In this document: positions 11,801 to 24,568 of the stretch, in pieces
How the letters are laid out: each line of letters begins with the position of its first letter
Numbering within the stretch: position 1 is the first letter of the stretch
The notes under the pieces: model-generated
Told to the model about the DNA's origin: nothing
The model's input: the letters and a program-made list of their open reading frames with translations, nothing else
Databases searched by the model: none
Assembly: GCA_964016885.1 (NCBI GenBank)
Contig: OZ024741.1
Location: forward strand, 164,486,001 to 164,550,000
Source of the DNA: Eledone cirrhosa
Lineage: Eukaryota
DNA: 64,000 bases
Reading direction: 5' to 3'
Translations under genes and position numbers: made by a program

Positions 11801-14457
11801 TTGTGGTGTTACTGTGGGAGGTAGCTATTATTGTATTGTGGTGTTGCTGTGGGAGACAGCTATTATTGTATTGTGGTGTTACTGTGGGAGGTAGCTATTA
11901 TTGTATTGTGGTGTGACTGTGGGAGATAGCTATTATTGTATTGTGGTGTTACTGTGGGAGGTAGCTATTATTGTATTGTGGTGTTACTGTGGGAGGTAGC
12001 TATCATTGTATTGTGGTGTTTCTGTGGGAGATAGCTATTATTGTATTGTGGTGTTGCTGTGGGAGGTAGCTATTATTGTATTGTGGTGTTACTGTGGGAG
12101 GTAGCTATTATTGTATTGTGGTGTTACTGTGGGAGGTAGCTATTATTGTATTGTGGTGTTACTGTGGGAGGTAGCTATTATTGTATTGTGGTGTTACTGT
12201 GGGAGATAGCTATTATTGTATTGTGGTGTTACTGTGGGAGATAGATATTATTGTATTGTGGTGTTACTGTGGGAGGTAGCTATTATTGTATTGTGGTGTT
12301 ACTGTGGGAGATAGCTATTATTGTATTGTGGTGTTACTGTGGGAGATAGCTATTATTGTATTGTGGTGTTACTGTGGGAGATAGATATTATTGTATTGTG
12401 GTGTTACTGTGGGAGGTAGCTATTATTGTATTGTGGTGTTACTGTGGGAGATAGATATTATTGTATTGTGGTGTTACTGTGGGAGATAGATATTATTGTA
12501 TTGTGGTGTTGCTGTGGGAGGTAGCTATTATTGTATTGTGGTGTTGCTGTGGGAGGTAGCTATTATTGTATTGTGGTGTTACTGTGGGAGGTAGCTATTA
12601 TTGTATTGTGGTGTTGCTGTGGGAGGTAGCTATTATTGTATTGTGGTGTTGCTGTGGGAGATAGCTATTATTGTATTGTGGTGTTGCTGTGGGAGGTAGC
12701 TATCATTGTATTGTGGTGTTACTGTGGGAGATAGCTATTATTGTATTGTGGTGTTACTGTGGGAGATAGATATTATTGTATTGTGGTGTTGCTGTGGGAG
12801 GTAGCTATTATTGTATTGTGGTGTTGCTGTGGGAGGTAGCTATTATTGTATTGTGGTGTTTCTGTGGGAGATAGCTATTATTGTATTGTGGTGTTACTGT
12901 GGGAGGTAGCTATTATTGTATTGTGGTGTTACTGTGGGAGGTAGCTATTATTGTATTGTGGTGTTACTGTGGGAGATAGCTATTATTGTATTGTGGTGTT
13001 ACTGTGGGAGATGGCTATTATTATATTGTGGTGTTACTGTGGGAGATAGCTATTATTGTATTGTGGTGTTTCTGTGGGAGATAGCTATTATTGTATTGTG
13101 GTGTTACTGTGGGAGGTAGCTATTATTGTATTGTGGTGTTACTGTGGGAGGTAGCTATTATTGTATTGTGGTGTTACTGTGGGAGGTAGCTATTATTGTA
13201 TTGTGGTGTTACTGTGGGAGGTAGCTATTATTGTATTGTGGTGTTACTGTGGGAGATAGCTATTATTGTATTGTGGTGTTACTGTGGGAGATAGCTATTA
13301 TTGTATTGTGGTGTTTCTGTGGGAGATAGCTATTATTATATTGTGGTGTTACTGTGGGAGATAGCTCTTATTGTATTGTGGTGTTGCTGTGGGAGATAGA
13401 TATTATTGTATTGTGGTGTTGCTGTGGGAGATAGATATTATTGTATTGTGGTGTTACTGTGGGAGATAGCTATTATTGTATTGTGGTGTTACTGTGGGAG
13501 GTAGCTATTATTGTATTGTGGTGTTACTGTGGGAGATAGCTATTATTGTATTGTGGTGTTACTGTGGGAGGTAGCTATTATTGTATTGTGGTGTTGCTGT
13601 GGGAGATAGCTATTATTATATTGTGGTGTTGCTGTGGGAGATAGATATTATTATATTGTGGTGTTACTGTGGGAGATAGATATTATTATATTGTGGTGTT
13701 ACTGTGGGAGATAGCTATTATTGTATTGTGGTGTTGCTGTGGGAGATAGATATTATTGAATTGTGGTGTTACTGTGGGAGATAGCTATTATTGTATTGTG
13801 GTGTTACTGTGGGAGATAGCTATTATTGTATTGTGGTGTTACTGTGGGAGATAGCTATTATTGTATTGTGGTGTTGCTGTGGGAGATAGCTATTATTGTA
13901 TTGTGGTGTTGCTGTGGGAGATAGCTATTATTGTATTGTGGTGTTGCTGTGGGAGATAGCTATTATTGTATTGTGGTGTTGCTGTGGGAGGTAGCTATTA
14001 TTGTATTGTGGTGTTACTGTGGGAGATAGATATTATTGTATTGTGGTGTTACTGTGGGAGATAGATATTATTGTATTGTGGTGTTACTGTGGGAGATAGC
14101 TATTATTGTATTGTGGTGTTGCTGTGGGAGGTAGCTATTATTGTATTGTGGTGTTACTGTGGGAGGTAGCTATTATTGTATTGTGGTGTTACTGTGGGAG
14201 ATAGATATTATTGTATTGTGGTGTTGCTGTGGGAGGTAGCTATTATTGTATTGTGGTGTTACTGTGGGAGATAGCTATTATTGTATTGTGGTGTTACTGT
14301 GGGAGATAGCTATTATTGTATTGTGGTGTTGCTGTGGGAGGTAGCTATTATTGTATTGTGGTGTTACTGTGGGAGATAGCTATTATTGTATTGTGGTGTT
14401 ACTGTGGGAGATAGATATTATTGTATTGTGGTGTTTCTGTGGGAGGTAGCTATCATT
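8817..14457. repeat. 35-bp minisatellite, about 161 units (consensus TATTATTGTATTGTGGTGTTACTGTGGGAGATAGC)
   Basis: Exact 35-nt period with no visible indels. Variation is confined to a few sites; edge units are diverged. Confidence 0.97.
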
Positions 14458-15288
14458 AGTATGTGGAATTTTGAGGGATGTTAGCTACTGTTGATTTGTG
14501 TTTACTGACATAGCAGGCTATAGTTTACTAGCATCTTAACCATGTAAACATCTCTCTCGTTTTTTGAATATTACAACTTGAGTTGAATGTCAACTATCAT
14601 GGGAAGTTGTGTCTCGTGGAAAGTATTAAATTTTTGAAAACTTACTCAAGCCTCAACACATGCTGTAGAACCAGTGCTGACATGTCACTTTATGGATTTT
14701 ATATTTACTAGAATATTTTTCAACATGCTGAGTATATTATTATAAACACACAAACACAGGCACACTTACAAAAATACACACTCACAGACATACATTTACA
14801 CAAACACACACAGAAACATACATTCACACACAGTGTAGCAAATGGAAGACCAGCCACTGTTTTGCTATAGTTTTTTCACCATCTCCTTTCTTTCTTTTAT
14901 ACACACATACATTCACACAAACACACACTCTCACATTGTGTGACGGACAGACAGAAGTTGCTCAAATTTATATAGAGATAAAGATATGAGTGTGTAAGTG
15001 CTTCTTGTTTAACCCTTTTATTACTATATTTCTGATAAATGCACTGTATTTTAATAATCAATATAGAATTTGGAAGGAGTTACTAAAATTATTCCAATTA
15101 TTAAAATAGCATTTGTAACATAAGAAAAAGATATTTAAGCAAAATTATATTAGAAAACTTTAATATAGATAGTAACCTTCTAAACAGATGTTTATTTTTC
15201 CATAGAATCAAAGACAGTTTTGAGTGAGTTGGTAAAGGAATTAGCCATTAACTGATAGTCATTGTAGTTATATAGAAAAAAGTATGTA

Positions 15289-15618
15289 TCTGGCGTAACA
15301 CAGTAACACAGAAGACCCAACCCCCCTACAGGAACAAGCTGAAGCATATAGACAATGTGCCCCCACACCCTCCCACTGCAAAAAAGCACCCAGTCCACAC
15401 TGTAAAGTGGACGTGTAGGCGCCACGGAAAAAAAGGACCCAGCACTCACTGTAAATGAGGTTGGTTGTTAGGAAGGGCATCTAGCTGTAGAAATCAAGCC
15501 AGAATCAGTTCCTGTATGAGCAAGACAAGGTCATCCGACCGGACACCGCTCACAACAGGACAACCCGTCTAACCCATGCTAGTGTGGAAGAACAGACGTA
15601 AAACGATGATGATGATGA
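15289..15618 (+). mobile_element. RTE LINE 3' UTR fragment (subfamily 2)
   Basis: Reverse-complement match to 16903-17272; ends 'ccgtctaacccatgctagtgtggaagaacagacgtaaaacgatgatgatgatga'. Confidence 0.8.
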
Positions 15619-15850
15619 GTATGCATGTTAGTGTATGTGTTTATATGGGTGCCAAAAATGTTTTTTTTTAGTTTTCTTGGAAAGTCAAGAAACCATATCA
15701 GTGTTGTTGTGTTTCTCATGATGAACATATGGAGAAAAGGTCAGATATGTTTAAACAAGATGAGAATAATTATATTATTAAGGATATTATGAAGCATTGA
15801 TTAAAAGGTCAACAACCTGTTACTGATATTCCTTATGGATGATGTGGTGT

Positions 15851-16617
15851 ATCATCATCATCATCATCATCAACGTTTAACGTCCGTGTTCCACGCTTGC
15901 ATGGGTTTGGACGGGGGTAGTCCCACTTGAGGCAAGAGTGATTGTCTTGCTCGCATAGGACTGTCTGGCAGGTTTTCTACAGTTGGATGCCCTTCCTAAC
16001 ACCAACCACATTTACAGTGTGGGTCTGGGAGGTTTTTACCGTGTTGCCTACACGGCCACATTACAGCGTGGACTGTGTGTTTTTTTGTCGTGACACCTAC
16101 ACGATCTCATTTGTTTCGGCCTCGATGGCGCGGCACCAACATAACTTTACATAGAACGGGGTGGTGTGGATCGGGTGGGGGTGGTGGGACGGGGTGTATT
16201 TTGTTAGAGATGCCTACTGGCTGGAGTAGGTTTTACTATATATTTAGGTAAGGCGGGTCTTCTCTGTTACTGAGTACCGCCAAAGGTCTCGGTCCAGTGA
16301 CATTGTCTTGGAGAGGTGTAAGTGTGTGATGTCGGAGTTTATCAGCTCGTCCCAGGTTTTTCTAGGTCTGCCTATTCCGTGACTACCGTCTATCTTTATT
16401 GCCCTGCACTTTGTTATACAGCTATCGACTTTCATGCGCATCACGTGTCCATACCAACGTAGCCTTCTCTCGAGTAAACAACATCTGATCCCTCTTATCT
16501 CTAATTTATTCCTTAGTTCGTTTATGCTTTGCCGTTCACGTATATTACTGTTACACATCCAGCGGAGCATGCAAGCTTCGTTCCTCTCTAGTCTGCGTAT
16601 ATCCTCTGCACACAATG
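15851..16617 (-). mobile_element. 5'-truncated RTE LINE (subfamily 1): ORF C-terminus plus 3' UTR
   Basis: Encodes ...RRLRWYGHVMRM...GRPRKTWDE...DRDLWRYSVTEKTRLT*. Nearly identical to 45359-46125. Has a (GAT)n tail, and the 5' end abuts (TA)n. Confidence 0.92.
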
Positions 16618-16671
16618 TGTATGTATATATATATATATATATGTGTACCACATAATCCACACACACACACG

Positions 16672-16704
<33 letters not shown>

Positions 16705-16766
16705 GTATATGTATATATATTATATGTATATACATATATATATGTATATATATTATATGTATATAC

Positions 16767-16797
<31 letters not shown>

Positions 16798-16902
16798 TAT
16801 ATTACCGTCTAACCCATGCTAGCGTGGAAGATGGACGTTAAATGATGATGAAGATGAGGATGTATATATATATATATATATATGTATGTATATATATATA
16901 TA

Positions 16903-17563
16903 TCATCATCATCATCACCGTTTTACGTCTGTTCTTCCATGCTAGCATGAGTTAGACGGGTTGTCCTGTTGTGGGCAGTGTCTGGTCGGCTGACCATGCC
17001 TTGCTCATACGGGAACTGATTCTGGCTTGGCTTCTACAGCTGGATGCCCTTCCTAACACCAACCTCATTTACAGTGAGTGCTGGGTGCTTTTCTCCATGG
17101 CGCCTATACATCCACTTTACAGTGTGGGCTGGGTGCTTTTTTGCTGTGGCACCTCCACGACCACTTTGCAGTGGGAGGGTGTGGGAGCATATTGTCCATA
17201 TGCTTCAGCTTCGGCTTGTACCCGTGGGGGGGGGGGGGGGTCGGGTCTTCTGTATTACTGCGTGACGCCAGAGGTCACGGTCATGTGTCATCGCCTTTGA
17301 GACGTGTAATTGGGTAAGGTCGGCTTTTATCACCTCATCCCAGGTCTTCTTGGGTCTCCCCACTCCGCGGTTTCCATTGACTTCTAGTGCTCTGCACCTT
17401 TTTATGCAGCTGTCATCCTTCATACACATCACATGTCCATACCAACGCAACCGCCTCTCCTGCATACAGCATTTGATTCCTCTCATGCTCAGTCTCTCTC
17501 TCAATTCATTTATGCTTTGCCATTTGCGTGTATTACTGTTAGACATCCATCGGAGTACATCCA
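16903..17563 (-). mobile_element. 5'-truncated RTE LINE (subfamily 2)
   Basis: Encodes LRWM...RRLRWYGHVM...GRPKKTWDE...DRDLWR. Has a (GAT)n tail and (TA)n on both sides. Confidence 0.9.
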
Positions 17564-18261
17564 TATATATATATATAAGGTCACTTTCAAACCACTACTA
17601 TAGTTACAACAAACCCTTTCCTAAATATAATGAATACCTGGATAATGCTAAACATCACTACATCATTGTTTCTCTTCATCAATAAATCTCAAATACGACT
17701 AGTTATAGTAATAGAAGCTGTGGCGACAGTAGTAGTAGTAATAGTAGTAGTATTGTGGCAGTGGTGGTACTATTAGTTTAGTAGTGTTGCTATTAAAAAT
17801 ATTGCTAGGTGTAGTAATAGTACTGGTAGTTGAAATAATAGTAGTAGTCAATGTTATTTCTATGACTAGTGTCTCATACATTTACATTGAAATGTTGGTG
17901 TTTATATTTTGTGTGATATAGCAGCATGTATATAAAGGAAATGAAAATTGTATCGAATTATATTGCAATATTTATGAGTCTGTTGCCTTCAAGACAAATA
18001 ATAAAAACAAACAAACTAATAATAATTGTTGATTATTTCCAATTTCTGATTTCAATAATTTAAAAGCCAGACTTTAGCTTATATCACTAGAATATGAATT
18101 TATGTCTTTGCTGAAGCTGTGATTTTCCATACTCTAGTAATTTCAGACATATAATGGTTTAAAATTAAAGAAAGGAAAGGAGCCAACTGTCAGATCAGAC
18201 CAAGGAAATAATGTTTCTATTGGTCTTTCCATTGCTCCAGGCTTAAAGAGTATTTTGCAGC

Positions 18262-18650
18262 TAGCCAGCTCAGCACCTATGGTGGTAAATAGGGAGGTAG
18301 CTCTAGGACCAAGGACACCAGAAGTCTCAACTGCTAGGGGCATGACTCCACTGCACAACCGTAAACCTGTCAGAGAGTGACCGGTAATTGGAGAGTTTGC
18401 CCTCCTCAGCCCGAAGTGCAGCAAAACCTGGGTTAGTCACAGACTGCACAAGGTTGCAGCTGAAGAATGTATCGCTGCAAGTGGCATTCCAGACGAGGGG
18501 TTTGCCACTGCGGAACGGGAAAACGGTCATACCGTTTGGCCTTTTGCTGTCCCCCCGGTCTAACGCCACCGGCTCAAGCTGGGAGGGAAAGCCTGCAGCA
18601 TCCAAGCCATGCTTTATGACCTCATTGAGGGCAGCATGGTGTAGAAGGCA
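18262..18650 (-). mobile_element. Degenerate CRE-like non-LTR retrotransposon fragment (restriction-like endonuclease region)
   Basis: HAALNEVIKHGLDAAGFPSQLEP...KRPNG...GKPLVWNATCSDT, then after a frameshift PLAVETSGVLG. This matches the RH..LN / EP / RPDG / WD.T / P.A.ET.G pattern of CRE-clade RLE domains, with the catalytic Asp residues mutated. Confidence 0.7.
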
Positions 18651-18965
18651 CTGTAGCGACAGTCAAGTAAAGACAAGATTAATAGTGGATTCTTTTATAT
18701 ATTGGAATATATCCCCTCAAAATGATATAAAATGGAGGAAGTCTGTGTGGGTGTTTCCATTGGTAGAAATATAATATATTATGGACTAATATCAAAATAT
18801 TCCATGAACAGATATATTATGTCTGTTGACAGTTAGCATATACTTTATATATCACCTACTGACCTTATATTTAGTATATATGTCACCTACTGACCTACCT
18901 GTCATGTAGTATATATGTCACCTGTTGATCTTACATTTAGTGTGTATGTATATATATACTATGTA

Positions 18966-19014
<49 letters not shown>

Positions 19015-19171
19015 TCAGCATAAAATGCAGTCTTTACATAAGATGAACAGATGAATTGCATATGTGTATATATAATTTATGTTCATACGCAGAACAAATA
19101 AATAATATATTAGCTCTCACACAAAATTGAACAGTTTCCCTTCTTCCTTTTTCACATCCACAGCTATTTTG

Positions 19172-19219
<48 letters not shown>

Positions 19220-19579
19220 TATCAACATGGTTAGTTTTAATTATTCATTTGAATGAAAAATTCACAACAAACAGCAAGCAATTAGCTGCAATAAATTTAG
19301 TTAATTAAAACAGTAACGGTATATAAAAGTAAAAGTTAAAATATGTTAACAAACACAAAAGGAAGGATATATAAATGCAACAAAAATCTAAAGGCAACAA
19401 CTGATCTAATCATGACACATGCTTGCAAAGGGTTAAATAACATGCTTGACAACATTTATGAATAGAGACTCTGGTATCACTTATACAACCTCAACATTAA
19501 TTCAACAATGCAGTAGGTTTCATTGCAAAGATCACTATGAAGCTTCCTCATACAATATCAAACACTAATTAGCTTGCTA

Positions 19580-19807
19580 GCTATCATTACTATTACTATT
19601 ATTTTGTGTATCATCACTGCATCACTGAGTGCAGCTCTGTGCACCTTGGCTGTGCGCAGTGTGGTTTTTGGTGGTGTTTGTTCTATTGTATTGAGAAGTA
19701 CTCTTCGTAATGTGTGTGCTGTGCCTAGTAGTGCTATTTTTTTGTATGTTGTATATATTTGTGAGCCCTGGAGTTTTGGTTTCACAAATATATACAACAT
19801 ACAAAAA
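19580..19807 (-). mobile_element. 3' end of an R4/Dong-like RLE retrotransposon with an inverted 5' duplication
   Basis: Frameshifted TPGLTNIYNIQK/KIALLGTAHTLRRVL, typical of the R4/Dong C-terminus (QK..LLGTA.ILR), followed by a (TAA/TAG)n-like tail. Confidence 0.65.
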
Positions 19808-22800
19808 TTATTATTATTATTAGTGAGTTGTCAATAAAATAAAGCACCAGTAAAGAATTGGGTTGATATAATCGATTTCCCTTCCCCCAAAATTGCTGGC
19901 CTTGTGCCTATATTAGAAACCCTTATTTTTGTTATTATTGGAAGATGGCAGAATCACAGGTGGTTGACAAAATGCTTTTGACTAGAACTTAGAGTTATTT
20001 ATACTCTGGGTTCTGCTTTCCCAATGTTTGACTCTTTGCCTTTCATCCGCTTGTGATGTAGAAAGTTTCACTATTTCATTAACCTTTTTGATATCAAACT
20101 GCTTGAAACCATCTCTGGTTCTATCATACAAAACTATTTAGTTAAAAGTGTTTATATTTATCTAAAAACCTTTGATTACAATTATATGTAGGAACCTTTA
20201 AGTTATGCTCCAAACAGCAACTTAATAATGAAAAAATTAATTTATTATAAATCCCTGCAAATTCTTCATCAATTTTAGAATTATTTGCAAATAATAGTCT
20301 TTTTGTTAAAAATATGGTAAAAAATGTGTGAAATTAAAAGAAAGAGTGGCAAAAAAAAGTATAAACTATTTGGTAACAGATGATCTTGTCTGAAGAGTTC
20401 CTTTCCCAAATTATGGGAGAGAAAAATGGCAATTTTCCACTTCCTTGTCAGTAGCTGAGTGTACCATACAGAATTGGAAGTCCAAAACTCTTAGATGCAT
20501 TATAACCAAATCTGCTAACAGCACTATATATAATCACATTTTTTATGTATATCCCCATTATCATTGTTTTTACCTCTGCTTTGAAAAAAATGGTAGTGCT
20601 GGTGCCATGATAAAAAGCACCCAATCCAATATATAAAATGGCAGCGCTGGTGCCATGATAAAAAGTACCCTGTCCACCTTGTCAAGTGGTAATGGTGATG
20701 CCATGATACATATCATAAAGTGGTTGGCATTAGGAAGAACATCCAGCTATAGAAACCATGCCAGAATGGAAAATATAAGTGAGACAGTCATCTAATTTGT
20801 CTAGTCTCTGAGCATAACAGTCTGTATAACCCATACAAATATGGAAAATAGACATAAAATGGTGAGGGTGGTTATGATTTTCTATGCTGGCATGAACTGA
20901 ATAAAATATATGTTGTGTTAGTATTCTGTGGCCTTCTTGATGTAAACCCATACTTTATTACTAAATAGGATATATACCACTGATCTTCATTGAACCACTA
21001 CATTGTGAGACATTGTTTATGTGGGACATAAACAAATAGTGTTGATATGAAGACTCACACAGTCAATGACACACACACACACATATATATATATATACAA
21101 TAGGCTTCTGCACAGTACATTATTTCTTATAAAAGGCATTGTCTATAATTTTAAAATCATTTTCAAAATAATCAAGAATTTGGAGCCTTTAGCAATATAA
21201 CTGACTTTCTTATTATTAAGTTGGTGTTTAAAGCACAACTTTCTAAATATTCTTACATAAAATTATGATGGAAGATATTTAGATAAATAAAAAGCACCCA
21301 GTCCACACTGTAAAGTGGTCGTGTAGGCATCTCGACAAAAAGCACCCAGTACACATTGTAAATGAGGTTGGCACTAGGAAGGGTATCCAGCTGTAGAAAC
21401 CAACCCCAAATCGGTTCTGTATGAGCAAGACATGATCTCCTGACCTGGCATTGCTCTCAACAGGATAACTCGTCTAACCCATGCCAGTGTGGAAAGATGT
21501 TAAACGGTGATGATGATAATAAACACTTTAGAATAAATAGTTTTGTATTATAGAAGCAGGAGCAGTTTTAGGTGGTTTGGTGTCAAATGGGTTAAACAAG
21601 AAAGATGATATAAATAAACCGAAACAACTTTCAATTATAGTTTTAAATTAATAATTTATTAGTTTTAGTGAGGGGTGGGGTTGGTGGCTAACGTGCTTAT
21701 CGATGGAAAGGTTCTGTAATCTCTTAACCCTTTCATGATCATATTTATTATTAAATGTATTTGAATTAATCAATGGAGGATTTATTAAATTATGAATTAC
21801 TTCATTATTAAAGTGGTTCTTATGTCAAATTATGTTCGAATATTTTAATTTAAATAGGAACTCTTTATGTGATTTTGTCTCATAGAACAAGGGGCAGTTT
21901 TGGGTGGGCTGGTATCAAAAGTATTAATAAATCTATAAGTTAGCATTAATGACTTAAGTCTCTTGTGCTGAATCAGTATGATGGAATCAATTCTTCTTCT
22001 GTCTCTTAATGATCACTAGAAACTACTATCTATGATGTGAAATGAAGTGGTAAAACTATGTCAGTTCAACCCAATAGGAATTTACCACAACTCTACAGTC
22101 CTTGTATCCAGACTAGACAAATTCTGTTATTTGTAAACACACCATGTACATGTATACACATAACCAACATTTTTATTAAACAGTTTGAAATGTGACTTAC
22201 ATTTTACATCTGGCCTGGTCTTATTACCAGTTTTGGGGGTTCACAGTTTACATCTAGCCTAGATTTAGCAGTTTGGTGGTTCACATTTTACAGCTGGCTT
22301 GGTGGTTCACATTTTACATCTGGCCTGGACCTACTAGCAGCTTGTGGGGTGTACATTTAACCTCTAGCTTGAATCTACAACCAGCTTTGCATAGGCCTGT
22401 TTGTAGCCATTTCATGAGGTTTTAATTTTTTTATATCAACCTGCATAAAACTGTCTCAAGTTTTATGATATAAAAATCCTCTATCTTAAAATGTTCATAT
22501 TTCAATTAAAATTGAACATAATTTGATATAACCTTTTGCTTATATTATAAATACCATATTAATAATGACATAAATATTAATTTTAGTAAATTCCTCCAAA
22601 TTCCTCATTAATTATTAGAAATATGATTATGAAAGGGTTAACTGAATACTACATATAACTAAGGTTAGTATTCTAAGTGTTTTAATTATTGCTAATAAAA
22701 TGAAATGGTGAATCGATGGAGTCATTAGCAGTGAATAGAAAGCTTTGCACTCTTAAATTCAAATCTCTTAAATTCTGCACTCTTAAATTCAAATCTCTTA

Positions 22801-22914
22801 AATTCAAATCTTGCTGAAGTGAACTTTGTCGTTCATCCTTTCAAGGTCAATAAAAGTAGTAAGTCAAATACTATGGTTGATTCTTCTTCTAAATCTCTCT
22901 CTCACTTTCATTAT

Positions 22915-23088
22915 TTGGCAGTATCGGTAGAGGGTCGGACGCCAAGCATAGAGTTACGGCCCTAGCCATTCTGAGTTCAAATCCCGCTGAGGTTAACTTT
23001 GCCTTTCATCCTTACGGGGTCGATAAAATAAAGTACCAGTAATGTACTGGGTAATTGCTGGCCTTGTGCCAAAAGTAGAAACAATTAT
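22915..23088 (+). mobile_element. tRNA-derived SINE (family 2, Meta-domain-like core)
   Basis: A box tggcagtatcgg, B box gagttcaaatcc, core gcctttcatccttacggggtcgataaaataaagtaccag. Copies at 44471 (+), 57949 (-) and 62213 (-); partial copies at 7598 and 39672. Confidence 0.8.
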
Positions 23089-23380
23089 TTCACTTTCTAA
23101 TTTTCTCTGGAAGAAATCAGCTGTGTTTAGACCTAGAGAGGGATGAGCTCTAACAGGTTTAAATTGTTCAAGATAAGCTGTATGTCATGACAGCCCCCCC
23201 CCCCCCCCCACTCAACCCCAGGAGAAGTTGTGGCTTCATAAATATATGTAATAACCAAAGTATTGAATACATTAAATTTACAACTATATTCTAAACTATT
23301 ATCTTTAAAATCAGATCCTATTCCAAACTTCCATATTTCAATATCTGTGTGGCAGACAGCACTAATTAAAGTTGAACATA

Positions 23381-23590
23381 TTAACCCTTTAGCATTTACA
23401 TTACTCTATATTTGTATATTCACAGTAAAGGCTTTACCTCACATAATATCGAATCTATGAGATTTTGATATTATCTATTTTGAGAAAAATACCTTACCAC
23501 CAGTATGAGTGGCCGATTATAGTCGGTTTGAACAGAAAGAGGTGAGAGAATTCAGGCCGGACACAGCCAGTTTAAATGCTAAAGGGTTAA
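23381..23590. mobile_element. TTAA-flanked piggyBac-type MITE (family A)
   Basis: Perfect TIR TTAA-CCCTTTAGCATTTA / TAAATGCTAAAGGG-TTAA. Confidence 0.85.
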
Positions 23591-24399
23591 ACCTTTTAAT
23601 TCCATACCCCCCAAAATAGCCCTTGGTTATATGGTCCACAAGTGTTTATATTTATTTAAAAACCTACCATCATAATTTTAAGTAAGAATATTTGTTTCAA
23701 ACATCAGCTTAATAATGAGTAAGTTATATTACTATGTCTCCCTAAATTCTTGATTATTTTGAAAATTATAGACAGTATATTTCACTAGAAATATGGTAAC
23801 GAAAGGGTTAAATCTATAATGGTACATTATTTTCAATATATCCTGACAGAAGGGTCGTGGATTGGCAGAATTGGTAGAGTCAGACAAAATGGCATTGCAA
23901 TATTTGTTCCGGTTCTTTAAATTCTGAGTTCAAATCCAGCTGAGATCAACTTTACCTTTCAAGTTTCCAGGGTCAATAAAATTAAGTACCAGTCATGTAC
24001 TGGGGTGAATTAATCAACTTTGTCATTTCCCCAAATATGCTGGCTTTGTGCCTAAGTTAGAAATCAATATATCATCAAAGATGGCAGCATTGTAAGGTGA
24101 TTGGACACCATGGTTTCAAATATTTCTTTCTCGTCTAACATCTCTGTTAGAGATGCTGAATAATGGCCACTGATTGAACTGTATTATGTTAGTATGGCAA
24201 TGAGGCTGGGAGGAGGAGATAAACATAAACCAACATGCAGCAAAATAAGAATCGAAAAATAAAACATAACCCAAACAAACAAACAAAACAAAACAAAACC
24301 AAAACAAACAATCAACTGGCACCAGACTATATAGCTACTGCTAAACTGGGTAGGTGGCACTGCTGCCGGTGAAAGGCTGCAGGTGAATAGGATGATTAC

Positions 24400-24468
24400 C
24401 TCACACCGAGCCGGAACATATCTGTAACTAGGTACAGTCTTCAAACCTACATTCCCTTGTGCTTCTTT
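24400..24468 (-). CDS. CASK: CASK/LIN-2 exon 'B': end of PDZ domain plus linker, KEAQGNVGLKTVPSYRYVPARCE (69 nt, phase 0/0)
   Basis: Splice sites ttccag|AAA...TGTGAG|gtaatc with a long polypyrimidine tract. Same length and VPSYR...CE motif as the CASK segment [23 protein letters not shown] (recalled). In frame with the PDZ exon at 60908-60993. Confidence 0.88.
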
Positions 24469-24568
24469 CTGGAATGACAGAAATTGACAAGAAAGGTGCT
24501 TCAGAGAAAAGGGAAGTGAACGAGAAAATAAAAAGGAGATAAGCAGTCTCAGAGAAGTAGCAACATAC

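Noticed and set aside
8817-14457. 35-bp periodic array as a CRISPR array or coding repeat
   Set aside because: There are no unique spacers, the context is eukaryotic with no cas genes, and the unit is not a multiple of 3, so stops recur.
22200-22397. AG...GTAAGT-bounded minus-strand segment as an exon
   Set aside because: It is a degenerate tandem repeat of about 38 bp with stop codons and no CASK similarity.
1-24100. Next CASK exon (SH3 start, IFVRAQF-like)
   Set aside because: Not found by eye on the minus strand. It probably lies beyond the window, though a short exon could have been missed.
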